DNA of 64,000 nucleotides. Source: an uncultured Thiotrichales bacterium (lineage in GTDB: Bacteria > Pseudomonadota > Gammaproteobacteria > UWMA-0217). The notes below the pieces were generated by a model. That model was not told where the DNA came from. It made no database searches and saw only the letters and a program-made list of their open reading frames with translations. Positions 51,811-62,010 of this stretch are shown here, one piece after another (position 1 is the first letter of the stretch; each line of letters opens with the position of its first letter). A program made the position numbers and the translations under genes. The stretch is from NCBI GenBank assembly GCA_964614535.1, contig CAZTOZ010000018.1, positions 15,393-79,392 on the forward strand, read 5' to 3'.

Positions 51811-53790
51811 TCAGCCCCTTCCCGTCAGCAGCACCTCTTCACCGTGTTCCACCGCTTCCGCGCTGCCCTCCAGCACCACACCGTCACCCTCCTGGAGCAC
51901 CATCTCGGGCGCTGGCGCCTCACCCCGCACGCCATCGCGGACGACCGCAGCCACCCGGGCCTGGACGCGCTCGAGCTCCAGATCGGCAATGGCCTGGCCG
52001 ATGGCCGCGCTGCCCGGATCCAGCACCACGCTATGCAGCCGTGGGCGCTCACTCTCCTCCAGCGACTCCACATCCTCACCGTGAAAATAGCCCCGAAGCT
52101 GACGGTAGTGATCGGCGCGTGCCGCCTCGATGACGGCATGCACCTCGTCGGGATCGACACCGAGAAACTCCAGCATGTGTTGCGACAGCATCATGCTGGC
52201 CTCGAGCGTCTCCGGCAGCACCAGCGTCGCACCGGCCTCCTCCAGCGCCTCGATGCTGGTGTCGCTGCGGGTGCGGACCAGAATCGGAATCTCCCCGCTT
52301 TCGGCCCGGACGGTACGAATGATTCGCTCGATGGCATGGGGCTCATCGATGGTGACGGCGATCAGTCGCGCCCGCTCCAGTCCGGCGGCACGCAGCAGGT
52401 CGATATGGGTGGCATCGCCGAAGTAGACCTGTTCCCCCGCCTCCCAGGCCTCCTTGACCAGCTTCGAGTTGGTGTCCAGCGCCACATAGTCGATGCCCTC
52501 GCGCAGCAGAAAGCCGGCCATGTTCTGCCCGATCCGGCCATAGCCGCAGAAGATCACATGGCCCTGCTTGCCCCGCACTGCCTTGCGCAGCCGCGCGCGC
52601 TGCGACACGTGCTCGCGCGCCACTTCGCGGGAGAACAGCCACCGAGCGATAACGCCATTGGCGCTGACCAGCGGCGGAGCCACCATCATGCTGAAAATCA
52701 CCGCAGCCAGTACCGGTTGCGCCTCCACCGGCGTCAGCAACCGGTTGGCAAGCGCCAGCGTGACCAGCGCGAAGCCGAACTCACCCCCATTGGCCAGCAC
52801 GATGCCGGTGCGGGTGGCCACCACCCGGTCGTAACCCATCAATCGCACGATCAGCGCCACCAGCAACGCCTTGCCGACGACGATCCCCAGCGTCAGCAGT
52901 GCGATCAGCGGCCATTGCGCCCAGGCCTCGACCAGATCGAGCTGGGCACCGACGCTGATGAAGAACACCCCCATGAGGATGTCACGAAACGGCCGCACGT
53001 CGATCTCGATCTGGTGCTTGAATTCGGTCTCGCTGAGCATCATCCCGGCCAGAAACGCGCCCAGCGCCAGCGAGAGACCGAAAGCGTTGGTGATCCAGGC
53101 CGCCGACAGCGACACCAGCAAGGCCGTGAGGGTGAAGAGTTCGGTGGAATGGGCCGCCGCGACGACATGAAACACCGGCCGGATCAGCCAGTGCCCCAAC
53201 GCCAGCATTCCGGCGACAGCCACCACCGCCTTGCCCATGGCCAGCAGGATCGGCCAGGCGACGCCCCCTTCCCCGCCACTGCCCAGAATCGGGATCAGCA
53301 CCAGAAACGGGACCACGGCGATGTCCTGGAACAGCAACACGGCAAACGCCAGACGGCCGTGAGGCGAATGCATCTCCAGCTGCTCGGTCAGCTGTTTGAC
53401 GACGATGGCGGTGGACGACAGCGCGAGAATCCCGCCGATCACCAGCGAGCCTTGCCAGGCGATGCCGCTGAAGGCGGCAATGCTCCCCGCGGCAACGGCC
53501 GACAGCAACACCTGCGTGCCGCCCAGCCCGAACACGGCGCGCCGCAACGTCCAAAACTGCGCCAGCGAGAACTCCAGCCCGATCATGAACAGCAGAAAGA
53601 CCACACCGATCTCCGCCAGCAGCTCCAGCATGTGCAGGTCGGGCAGCCAGTGCAGCGCATGGGGACCGGCGACGATGCCGACGAAGAGATACCCCAGCAC
53701 CGGGGGCAGGTGGATACGGCGCACCAGCACCACGGCGGCCACCGAGAGGGCGAGAAGCAGCAGACCGGCTGTCAGGGCATCGTGGTGCAT
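51811..53790 (-). CDS. CPA2-family K+/H+ antiporter with TrkA-N/TrkA-C domains (second KefB/YbaL-like paralog)
   Basis: 659 aa. The membrane domain (GYLFVGIVAGPHALHW) is followed by a Rossmann motif (VIFCGYGRIGQ). It is a paralog of the 2501..4462 gene. Confidence 0.85.
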   Translation of the reverse strand: MHHDALTAGLLLLALSVAAVVLVRRIHLPPVLGYLFVGIVAGPHALHWLPDLHMLELLAEIGVVFLLFMIGLEFSLAQFWTLRRAVFGLGGTQVLLSAVAAGSIAAFSGIAWQGSLVIGGILALSSTAIVVKQLTEQLEMHSPHGRLAFAVLLFQDIAVVPFLVLIPILGSGGEGGVAWPILLAMGKAVVAVAGMLALGHWLIRPVFHVVAAAHSTELFTLTALLVSLSAAWITNAFGLSLALGAFLAGMMLSETEFKHQIEIDVRPFRDILMGVFFISVGAQLDLVEAWAQWPLIALLTLGIVVGKALLVALIVRLMGYDRVVATRTGIVLANGGEFGFALVTLALANRLLTPVEAQPVLAAVIFSMMVAPPLVSANGVIARWLFSREVAREHVSQRARLRKAVRGKQGHVIFCGYGRIGQNMAGFLLREGIDYVALDTNSKLVKEAWEAGEQVYFGDATHIDLLRAAGLERARLIAVTIDEPHAIERIIRTVRAESGEIPILVRTRSDTSIEALEEAGATLVLPETLEASMMLSQHMLEFLGVDPDEVHAVIEAARADHYRQLRGYFHGEDVESLEESERPRLHSVVLDPGSAAIGQAIADLELERVQARVAAVVRDGVRGEAPAPEMVLQEGDGVVLEGSAEAVEHGEEVLLTGRG

Positions 53791-53883
53791 GGCGGCGGAG
53801 TGATCCGGATCGATGACCGTGAATGGTGCACCAGCCGGGAAGGCCGTGTCACGGCCGGAAGCGGGTTTGACGATGTGCCGGGG

Positions 53884-54108
53884 CTATTTCCCGGTCGAAC
53901 GCGACTGGTGGTTGACCATGCTCGAGCCCAGAAACTCCTCGAGGCATTCCTTGACGTAGTCGTTGAGGTCGCTGTCGGTGATGCCCATCGCCCTGCCCTC
54001 TGCGCGACAGTCGGCGGCCACCTCGGCGCGTGACACCTCGGCGGCGGCCACGACACCGCTCAACGACAGGGCGATCAGGGTCAGGGCGGCAAGAAAGATT
54101 ACAGGCAT
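53884..54108 (-). CDS. Hypothetical small exported protein (74 aa)
   Basis: A signal peptide is present (MPVIFLAALTLIALSLSGVVAAA). No homology recognized. Confidence 0.35.
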   Translation of the reverse strand: MPVIFLAALTLIALSLSGVVAAAEVSRAEVAADCRAEGRAMGITDSDLNDYVKECLEEFLGSSMVNHQSRSTGK

Positions 54109-54202
54109 GACGTAGGGCTCGAAAGAATCAGAATGTTCTAATGTACTTTGGCGCCCCCGCTTTGCAAGCGGACAAATGGGGATTGAGTCGCAAAACGGAC
54201 GA

Positions 54203-54784
54203 TCAGCGGCGCTCGAGCAGATGGGCCAGTTCATGGATGCCGGATGGGTGCGGCACTTCGAGATCGGCGTTGGTCAACCAACGCCAACGCGGCGGCGCAA
54301 ACAACCGTTCCATCTCGGTCATTGCGCAATGGTATGGCGGACCGCCCTCGCGCCCGGTCTGCATGAACATGGCGAACAACCGGCCACCGGGCCGCAGCCA
54401 CCGGTGGAGTTGCCGCTCGTAGGCCCGCCATTGCGCCGGCTCCAGCGCGCAGAGGCAGGTCTGCTCGTAGACGGCATCGAACGGACGGTCGGGCCGCCAC
54501 CGCAACACGTCCTCCTGACGCACCGTGGCCGGCAGGCCCTCCTTCACCAGCCGGCGCCGCAGCCCGGCAACCGGCGTCGGCGCGATATCGAGTGCCACCA
54601 CATCGAACCCCCGTCGCGCCAACTCCACCACCTCATGCCCGCGGCCACAGCCGGGCACGACGATCCGGCAGGGCTTGAGCAGGCCATCGAGCCAGGCCAT
54701 CAGCACCGGGCTCACCTCCCCCCGGTCCCAGCCGGTCTGGCCGTTGCGGTAACGTGTCTCCCAAGCTTCGATCGACGGATCCAT
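54203..54784 (-). CDS. tpm: Thiopurine S-methyltransferase-family SAM-dependent methyltransferase
   Basis: The sequence WETRYRNGQTGWDRGEVSP...VVPGCGRGHEVVELARRGFDVVALDIA matches TPMT/Tpm. Confidence 0.75.
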   Translation of the reverse strand: MDPSIEAWETRYRNGQTGWDRGEVSPVLMAWLDGLLKPCRIVVPGCGRGHEVVELARRGFDVVALDIAPTPVAGLRRRLVKEGLPATVRQEDVLRWRPDRPFDAVYEQTCLCALEPAQWRAYERQLHRWLRPGGRLFAMFMQTGREGGPPYHCAMTEMERLFAPPRWRWLTNADLEVPHPSGIHELAHLLERR

Positions 54785-54949
54785 GAAGATGCCCAAAGGT
54801 TACTCGTGATACGGCACGGCGCGCCGGCAGCTCGCCCGCCAACGGTTTCGACGCAACCATCGCCGACCGCCCGTTCCAGCTGTACGATGGCGGCCTTGCG
54901 GCGGATGCCCGCTCTGTCCGGCAGCGGCCGGGGTGGCGCCGATGGCCGG

Positions 54950-56536
54950 CTACTGGGCGAAATAGTCGGCCAGAAACCGGTCGAACGGCGGCTGCGGTTC
55001 GGCGTTGATCTCGTCGAAGCGTTGCCGCGACTGCCGCGCCACCTCGTCGTAGTACTGCTGCTTCTCCGGCCCCAGCGGGCGCTCGCGAAAATGCTGCGCC
55101 ACCTTTTGCGACTGCGCCATCGCAAACTCGAAGAAGCTCTCCTTGTTGCCGCGCATGATCTCCAACATCCGCGTCGACGGGATCTCCACCAGCCCGGCCA
55201 CCTTGTCCTGCTGCTGTTTCAGCGCCAGCGAGTAGTCGCGTCCACTGGGGCTGTTCTCGTCGAGCCAGCCACAGATCTCCTGCATGTCGTAGAGAATGCG
55301 GTTGGCCCAGTCGCGCAGTCCCACTTTGCCCTCTTTTCGTGTCAGCGTGAGCTGTGGATCCCGCCCGGAGTGCGCCACCAACAGCAGGTTGTCCTCCACC
55401 AGCGCAGCGACATCGCGGGTCATCGTCGGGCTGGGCTGGAGCAATGCATAGACCATCAGCGCCTCGAGGAAATAGAGCTGCTGCTCGTTGACGCCCAACG
55501 GGTCGAAGACGTTGAGGTCCACCGAGCGCAGCTCGATATAGTCGATACCACGGGCCGCCAGCGCCCGCACCGGCTTCTCCAGCCCGCGCAGTATCACCTT
55601 GGGACGCACCGAACAGTAGTATTCGTTCTCGATCTGCAGCAGCATGGTATTGAGCTGCTTGTAGTGGTCGCCATCCCGCAGGCCAATGGCCTCGTAGTGG
55701 GGGCAACTGGTTTCGATGGCGCTCTCCAGCGTGGCGATGTACCGCGGCAGCGACTGAAAGTCGATATCGACCCCGGTCTCCTCCTCGCGCTTGTTCTGAT
55801 AGCCGATGTCGCCGAGCCGCAGCGAGGTGGCGAAGGATTCGAAATAGGTGCCGTGGCCGAGGTATTCGAGCGTCGTCGGGTTCCCCTCCAGAAACGACTC
55901 GCAGACCGCCGGCGAGGCGCCGAACAGATAGGGCACCAGCCAGCCGAAGCACTTGAGGTTGCGCAACATCGCCATATAGCGCTCGGAGCGAAACGCCTGC
56001 AGGCCGACGTCGGCGCCCTCCATCTCGTAGAGCGCCTGCCACAGCGTGTCGGAGAAGGAGTAGTTGAAATGAACACCGGCGATCACCTGCATCATCCGCC
56101 CGTAGCGGTAACCGAGACCACGGCGATAGACGGTCTTCATCATGCCGAGGTTGGACGGGCCATAGTCGGCAATGCGGATGCTCTGCTCGCCGCGCAGGAT
56201 GCAGGGCATGCTGGTGGCCCAGAAGATCTCATCGGAGAGGTGGCTGTAGACCCAACGGTGCAGTTCGTCCAGCTCGGCCATCACATCGGGAATGCTGCGA
56301 TGCGGCCGGGTGATGAACTCGGTCAGCGCCTCGGCGTAGTCGGTGGTGACCGACGGGTGCGTCAGCGTGGCGCCGAGAGCCACCGGATGCGGTGTCTGCG
56401 CGATGACACCATCGGCGCTGACGCGCAGGCTCTCTTTCTCGATTCCGATGCGGCTGTCCCTGAGCAGCGCCGGCGCATCGGCCTCGCGCAACTGTTTGAG
56501 CCGGCTCTGGTAACTTGGGGTGGCGATGGTCATCAC
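54950..56536 (-). CDS. gshA: Glutamate-cysteine ligase GshA
   Basis: 528 aa. The protein is collinear with E. coli GshA (RIGIEKESLRV..., MQVIAGVHFNYSF, FGWLVPYLFGASPAVC). Confidence 0.9.
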   Translation of the reverse strand: MMTIATPSYQSRLKQLREADAPALLRDSRIGIEKESLRVSADGVIAQTPHPVALGATLTHPSVTTDYAEALTEFITRPHRSIPDVMAELDELHRWVYSHLSDEIFWATSMPCILRGEQSIRIADYGPSNLGMMKTVYRRGLGYRYGRMMQVIAGVHFNYSFSDTLWQALYEMEGADVGLQAFRSERYMAMLRNLKCFGWLVPYLFGASPAVCESFLEGNPTTLEYLGHGTYFESFATSLRLGDIGYQNKREEETGVDIDFQSLPRYIATLESAIETSCPHYEAIGLRDGDHYKQLNTMLLQIENEYYCSVRPKVILRGLEKPVRALAARGIDYIELRSVDLNVFDPLGVNEQQLYFLEALMVYALLQPSPTMTRDVAALVEDNLLLVAHSGRDPQLTLTRKEGKVGLRDWANRILYDMQEICGWLDENSPSGRDYSLALKQQQDKVAGLVEIPSTRMLEIMRGNKESFFEFAMAQSQKVAQHFRERPLGPEKQQYYDEVARQSRQRFDEINAEPQPPFDRFLADYFAQ

Positions 56537-56687
56537 TCGCGGTTGCGGAAAGGCGGCGATTTTACCTCAACGGGCGAACGAACGTGCCAAATCGGCCGCC
56601 GACCACTGCCTTGGCCGTCGGGCCCCCCTGTGGCGCACGGGCTATGCGTATAATCGTCGCTGTTCGAGGCCAATTGGGTACCACGTC

Positions 56688-57200
56688 ATGAAACCACCCC
56701 GCCGCCCCCGCTATCCACAACACGACGAACCGGAGATCCAGGCCGGTGGCGAAGAAGATCCCGACTTTCCCGAGCAGGAAGCGGACTTCACGCGCCGCCG
56801 CCGTGGACGCGGCGGCCGGCTGCTCCCGCTGTTGATCTTCGCCGGTTTCGGCCTGTTCATCCTCAAGGAACAGGTGCCAGCGGTGAACGATGCCTACCTC
56901 CGCCTGGTCGATCCCGACGCGCTGCGGGCGCTCGTGGCCTGCCGCGAGGCTGCGCTGGCCGGCAGCGCGACGCCCGACTTCGCCCGCCTGCTGGAACGCG
57001 GCCGCGCGCATCCGACAAGCAACGGCTTCTTCGTCGACCGGCTGGTGATCGGCGAACTGGCCGACGGTGGCGGCGAGGCGCGCCGGGCGATCGAATGCCA
57101 TGTCGATGCCGCCGGGAAGGTCGTCGACATCGCCCGCCTCGATGCCCCGACGCCCAATGCATCCTCTCCGTTTTCCCGGAGTGGCGATGACGACGGCTGA
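56688..57200 (+). CDS. Hypothetical membrane-anchored protein
   Basis: An Arg/Pro-rich N-terminus is followed by a single TM segment (LLPLLIFAGFGLFIL). The 3' end overlaps the start of the ABC transporter gene by 14 nt. Confidence 0.4.
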   Translation: MKPPRRPRYPQHDEPEIQAGGEEDPDFPEQEADFTRRRRGRGGRLLPLLIFAGFGLFILKEQVPAVNDAYLRLVDPDALRALVACREAALAGSATPDFARLLERGRAHPTSNGFFVDRLVIGELADGGGEARRAIECHVDAAGKVVDIARLDAPTPNASSPFSRSGDDDG

Positions 57201-58998
57201 CGCCTTCACCTGGGCTTCGATCAAGGCGCTGATCCTGCAGCACAGACGCGCGCTGCTGCTGGCCAATCTGCTGGCCATCGTCGCGGCAGTGCTGTCGGTG
57301 CCGATCCCGCTGCTGATGCCGCTGATGGTGGACGAGGTGCTGCTCGGCCACCCCGGCCCGGTGGTGGGAACCATCAACACGCTCTTTCCCGCCGCCTGGC
57401 ATGGGCCGGTGCTGAGCATCGGCGTGGTGCTGCTGGTGACGCTCGCACTGCGTTTCGGCTCGCTGCTGTTCGGCGTGATCCAGAGCCGCCAGTTCACTCT
57501 GATCGCCAAGGATGTCACCTACCGCATGCGACACCGGATGCTGGAGCGGCTCAACCGCATCTCGATGGCGGCGTTCGAGACGGTCGGCAGCGGCACGGTC
57601 AGCTCTCATCTGGTCACCGACGTGGGGGTGATCGACGACTTTATCGGCGTCACCATCAGCAAGGTGGTGGTGGCTGGCCTGACCCTGGTGGGCGTGGCCG
57701 GCGTGCTGTTCTGGATGCACTGGCCGCTGGCCATCTTCATTCTGCTGCTCAACCCGCTGGTGGTCTATTTCACCGTGCGCATGGGCAAGAAGGTGAAGCA
57801 GCTCAAGGCGCGGGAGAATGCCGCTTTCGCCGCTTTCCAGGAGGCGCTCAAGGAAACCCTGGACGCCATCGAGCAAATTCGCGCCAGCAACCGCTCGGCC
57901 TTCTTCCTGGGCAGGGTCGATCGGCAGGCGCTGGCCGTGAAAAACCATGCCGCCAGCTATGCCTGGCGCAGCGACGCGGCCACGCGGCTGTCGTTCTTCA
58001 TCTTTCTCGTCGGCTTCGAGGTGTTTCGCGCCGTGGCGATGCTGATGGTGGTCTTTTCCGGCCTGACCATCGGCAAGATGATGGCGGTGTTCGGCTATCT
58101 GTGGTTCATGATGACGCCGGTGCAGGAGTTGCTCGGCGTCCAGTATGCCTGGTTCAGCGCCAAGGCGGCGCTGGGCCGCATCAACCGCCTGATGGCGCTG
58201 AGACAGGAGCCGCGGTATCCCACTCTCCGCAACCCTTTCGAGGGCAAGACCACGGTGGCGGTGAGCGTGCGCGATCTGTCGTTCGCCTATGGCGACGGGC
58301 CGCCGATTCTCGACCATATCGACCTCCACATCGACGCCGGCGAGAAGGTGGCATTGGTCGGCGCCAGCGGGGGCGGAAAATCGACACTGGTCCAGGTGCT
58401 GCTCGGGCTCTATCCGCCGACGTCGGGCAAGGTGTGTTTCGACGACGTGCCCCACGACGAGATCGGACTCGACGTCATCCGCGACAATGTCGCCACGGTG
58501 CTGCAACACCCGGCGATGTTCAACGAGACGGTGCGCTTCAATCTCACCCTCGGCCGCAACCAGCCCGACGAGCGGCTGTGGCGGGCGCTGGAGGTGGCCC
58601 AGCTGAGGGAGACGGTCGAACGGTTGCCCGAGGGTCTGGAGACCCCCATCGGCAACCAGGGCGTGCGCCTCTCCGGCGGCGAGCGCCAGCGGCTGGCGAT
58701 CGCCCGGATGGTGCTGGCCGACCCCAAGGTGGTGGTGCTGGACGAAGCCACGTCGGCCCTGGACACCGAGACCGAGGCGCGGGTCCACCGGGCACTGCGC
58801 GGCTTTCTAAAAGACCGGACAACCCTTATCATTGCGCACCGCCTGAGCGCGGTGCGGCAGGCCGACAAGGTCTATGTATTCGAAAACGGAGGCATCATCG
58901 AGCAAGGCAGCCACGACGAGCTGATCCAGCGCGACGGCCTCTACCAAAAGCTGTACGGGCAGACCGCCTGTAACGACACGACACTGACATCCCGATGA
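57187..58998 (+). CDS. ABC transporter, fused permease/ATP-binding protein (exporter type)
   Basis: A six-TM N-terminal domain is followed by Walker A (GASGGGKST), the ABC signature (LSGGERQR) and Walker B (VVLDEATSALD). Confidence 0.85.
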   Translation: MTTADAFTWASIKALILQHRRALLLANLLAIVAAVLSVPIPLLMPLMVDEVLLGHPGPVVGTINTLFPAAWHGPVLSIGVVLLVTLALRFGSLLFGVIQSRQFTLIAKDVTYRMRHRMLERLNRISMAAFETVGSGTVSSHLVTDVGVIDDFIGVTISKVVVAGLTLVGVAGVLFWMHWPLAIFILLLNPLVVYFTVRMGKKVKQLKARENAAFAAFQEALKETLDAIEQIRASNRSAFFLGRVDRQALAVKNHAASYAWRSDAATRLSFFIFLVGFEVFRAVAMLMVVFSGLTIGKMMAVFGYLWFMMTPVQELLGVQYAWFSAKAALGRINRLMALRQEPRYPTLRNPFEGKTTVAVSVRDLSFAYGDGPPILDHIDLHIDAGEKVALVGASGGGKSTLVQVLLGLYPPTSGKVCFDDVPHDEIGLDVIRDNVATVLQHPAMFNETVRFNLTLGRNQPDERLWRALEVAQLRETVERLPEGLETPIGNQGVRLSGGERQRLAIARMVLADPKVVVLDEATSALDTETEARVHRALRGFLKDRTTLIIAHRLSAVRQADKVYVFENGGIIEQGSHDELIQRDGLYQKLYGQTACNDTTLTSR

Positions 58999-59564
58999 AG
59001 AACGCATTGCAGGAACAACTGCTCAAGGCCGGCTTGGCCACCGAGGACCAACTGGCCAAGCCCAAGCCGGGCCGGCGCAAGCCGCGAGGCGAAAAGGGCC
59101 GCAGGAACGACCGGCCGAAACGCCCGCGGGACGGGGCTACCGGGAAGCCACGCCGGGACGACAGCGACCTGGCGCAAGCCTGGGCGGCACGGCAGCGGGC
59201 CGAACGCGAGGAGGCCGAACGCAAGAAGCGGCTCAAGGCGCAACGCAAGGCCAATCGGGCGAAGATCCGCCAGCTGACACTGGACAACTGCCTCAACAGC
59301 GACACGGCGGAGATTCCGTTCCAGTTCATGGTCGGCAACAACATCAAGAACATCTATGTCACCGAGGCACAGCGCGGGCAACTACTGGCCGGTGAGCTGC
59401 GTATCACCTTCCAGGACGGCAGGCGTTGCCTGATTCCGGCCGCCGTCGCCGACCAGATCCACCAGCTCGATCCGGAAAAACTGATCATCAATCCGGCCGA
59501 GGTCGATGAGACGATCGACGAGGACTATGCTGACTTCCAGGTACCGGACGACCTGATCTGGTAG
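58995..59564 (+). CDS. Conserved hypothetical protein with a basic Lys/Arg-rich central region (DUF2058-like)
   Basis: The N-terminus (MKNALQEQLLKAGL) is followed by a KR-rich stretch. Start overlaps the ABC gene stop. Confidence 0.55.
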   Translation: MKNALQEQLLKAGLATEDQLAKPKPGRRKPRGEKGRRNDRPKRPRDGATGKPRRDDSDLAQAWAARQRAEREEAERKKRLKAQRKANRAKIRQLTLDNCLNSDTAEIPFQFMVGNNIKNIYVTEAQRGQLLAGELRITFQDGRRCLIPAAVADQIHQLDPEKLIINPAEVDETIDEDYADFQVPDDLIW

Positions 59565-59601
59565 CCCCACCCCTTTCGCCCTCCCCCGCAGGCAGGACCC
59601 A

Positions 59602-60816
59602 ATGGACACTGCACAATCCGACGAACCGAGCGTTGAACTCGCCATCGGCGATGCCAGGGTCACACTGCTCGGCACCGCCCATGTCTCGAGACAGAGCGCC
59701 GAGACGGTGGCCCGACTGATCGACAGCGACGACTTCGATGCGGTGGCCATCGAGCTGTGCGAGGGTCGCTACAACAACCTGCGCGATCCCGACGCTCTGG
59801 CGAAGATGGATCTGTTCAAGGTCATCAGGGAAGGCAAGGCGCCGATGGTGATGGCGAGCCTGGCACTGTCAGCCTTTCAGCAACGGCTGGCGGACCAGTT
59901 CGGCATCGAACCCGGCGCCGAGATGCGGATGGCGATGGAGAAGGCCGAGCAGCGTGCTCTGCCGCTGCTGAAGATCGACCGCGACATTGGCGTGACGCTG
60001 AAGCGGGTCTACCGCGCCGTGCCGTGGTGGCAGCGTTTTGGCATCTTCTCCGGCCTGCTCGCGAGCGTCGTGAGTCGGGAGAAGATCGAAGAGGCCGACA
60101 TCGAGAAACTCAAGGAAGGCGATATGCTGGAGACCACGTTCCAGGAGTTTGCCGAGACGTCGAAAGAGATCTACGGGCCGCTGATCGATGAGCGCGACCG
60201 CTACATGGCCGACGAGATCTATGCCGCGGTGAAGGTGGAGCAGCCGAAACATCTGCTGGCGGTGGTCGGCGCCGGCCACCTCAAGGGGATCGAGCGATAC
60301 CTGCGGGCACTGGTCGAACGCGGGGCCGCCGTCACCGAGGTGGCCGAGGAGATCCGCGAACTGAGCCGGATTCCTGAAGGTTCGGGGCTGTGGCGATGGA
60401 TTCCGTGGCTCATCGTCGGCGTCATCCTCGCCGGCTTCGCGGCCGGTTTCGCCCGCAGCGCGACGCTGGGTTGGGATCTGGTGTCGGACTGGGTCGTCAT
60501 CAACGGCACGCTGGCCGCCCTCGGCGCGGCGGCGGCGCTGGCGCATCCGCTGACGATCATCGGCGCCTTCGTCGCCGCGCCGATCACCTCGCTGAATCCC
60601 ACCATCGGCGCCGGCATGGTCACCGCCGCCATCGAGATGTATCTGCGCAAGCCGACGGTGGAGGACTTCCAGAATCTACGCAAGGAGACCAGCCACTGGA
60701 AGGGGTGGTGGCGCAATCGCGTCTCCAGGGTACTGCTGGTCTTTTTCTTCTCCACGCTGGGATCGGCGATCGGCACCTATGTGGCCGGCTTCAAGATCTT
60801 CGACAAACTGTTCTGA
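59602..60816 (+). CDS. TraB/GumN family protein with C-terminal membrane domain
   Basis: The sequence VTLLGTAHVSRQS...LLAVVGAGHLKG carries TraB family motifs. Several C-terminal TM helices are present. Confidence 0.75.
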   Translation: MDTAQSDEPSVELAIGDARVTLLGTAHVSRQSAETVARLIDSDDFDAVAIELCEGRYNNLRDPDALAKMDLFKVIREGKAPMVMASLALSAFQQRLADQFGIEPGAEMRMAMEKAEQRALPLLKIDRDIGVTLKRVYRAVPWWQRFGIFSGLLASVVSREKIEEADIEKLKEGDMLETTFQEFAETSKEIYGPLIDERDRYMADEIYAAVKVEQPKHLLAVVGAGHLKGIERYLRALVERGAAVTEVAEEIRELSRIPEGSGLWRWIPWLIVGVILAGFAAGFARSATLGWDLVSDWVVINGTLAALGAAAALAHPLTIIGAFVAAPITSLNPTIGAGMVTAAIEMYLRKPTVEDFQNLRKETSHWKGWWRNRVSRVLLVFFFSTLGSAIGTYVAGFKIFDKLF

Positions 60817-60830
60817 ACGCCGGGCTCCGC

Positions 60831-61910
60831 TCAGCTCACTTCGAAGAAGATCAGGTCCCGCTTTTCGGAGGTCACCGAGACTCCCAGGCTGATGACACCG
60901 CTGCGTCGCAGCCGCATCGATTCGTGATGCAGAAAGCGCACGCCCTTGCCCTCGATACGGACGAAGGTGCCGTTGGCGCTGTGATCCTCGAAAACGAACT
61001 GGTTTTTTACGAAGCGCAGCGTGGCGTGGGCGCGGGAGACGTAGCGGGAACGCACCTGAATGTCGGCCGGAAACTTGCGGCCAAACAGGCACTCCGACCG
61101 GTAGCGGTCGAACGACAGCGTCATGTCACGGTAGGAGAGGACGATTTCACGCTTGCCGGTGAAGGTGATGGGGTCGAAGTCGATGACATCGGCCGCTGGC
61201 AACAGCGAGACGGTGTCGGGGGCGTCATCCGCCTCCTCCGCTTCCCGTTCGGCCGCCAGCGGATAGCCCTGTGTCACCAGCATCGTCTCCTGCAGGAAGG
61301 CGTTGCGCCGATGCATGACGAAACGGCCGAGCTGATGCAGAAACTCGGCGTCCACCTGCTCGGGCTTGACGAGGTAGCGTTCCCGGCCCACGGCGCCAAT
61401 GTTGACGAGTTCGAGCCGCAACACGCCGTTTTCGCTGTCGGCCTCAAAGCTGATGCTGGCCGGGATCCGGCCACGCAGCTCGAACAGCAGTTCCTGCCGG
61501 TCGGCCTCTGCACCGCGAACCCGTGAACTGACCAGCGTCAGGCCGTCACGCCGGAACTGGGCCGCCAGCTCGCTTTCGGTCACCAGGGGCCGGGGAATGG
61601 TGAAGCGGGCATTGCCGTCGCGCTCATAGTCGAACGAGAGTTTCAGCTCGATATTGGTGTCGCGCACCGCATGCCGAAGCCGGTGCGAGCGGGGTTGCAG
61701 GCCGTCGACGCTGCCGTAGTCGCGCAACGGAATGGCGACGGTGGGGGCGCGCGCCGGGTCACGGAAGACCTCGAGATTGCGGTCGAGGTAGTCGGAGATC
61801 TTCTGCAGCGCGACCATCGCGGCGGCATCGTAGAGCAGCGTGGCATCTTCCCGCTCGCGCCCACGGGTCGTCACCCCTTTGTCCGGCTTGTCGCTGTCGG
61901 TATTCGTCAT
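60831..61910 (-). CDS. FHA domain-containing protein with uncharacterized N-terminal domain
   Basis: A C-terminal FHA domain is present (LFGRKFPADIQVRSRYVSRAHATLRFVKNQFVFEDHSANGTFV). The start is taken at MTNTDSD... The N-terminal region of about 250 aa has no recognizable family. Confidence 0.6.
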   Translation of the reverse strand: MTNTDSDKPDKGVTTRGREREDATLLYDAAAMVALQKISDYLDRNLEVFRDPARAPTVAIPLRDYGSVDGLQPRSHRLRHAVRDTNIELKLSFDYERDGNARFTIPRPLVTESELAAQFRRDGLTLVSSRVRGAEADRQELLFELRGRIPASISFEADSENGVLRLELVNIGAVGRERYLVKPEQVDAEFLHQLGRFVMHRRNAFLQETMLVTQGYPLAAEREAEEADDAPDTVSLLPAADVIDFDPITFTGKREIVLSYRDMTLSFDRYRSECLFGRKFPADIQVRSRYVSRAHATLRFVKNQFVFEDHSANGTFVRIEGKGVRFLHHESMRLRRSGVISLGVSVTSEKRDLIFFEVS

Positions 61911-62010
61911 GGCCGAGTCGCTGCCTGCCAACCTGCAGTGATACTTGAATATACTCCGACAAGCGCCGTGTTCCCATCGGATTTTCCGATGCAACAGACC
62001 AGTCTCCACT

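Noticed and set aside
51721-56653. 770-aa and 825-aa plus-strand ORFs opposite the second kefB, tpm and gshA
   Set aside because: Gln/Arg/His/Asp-rich shadow frames. The minus-strand genes are well supported.
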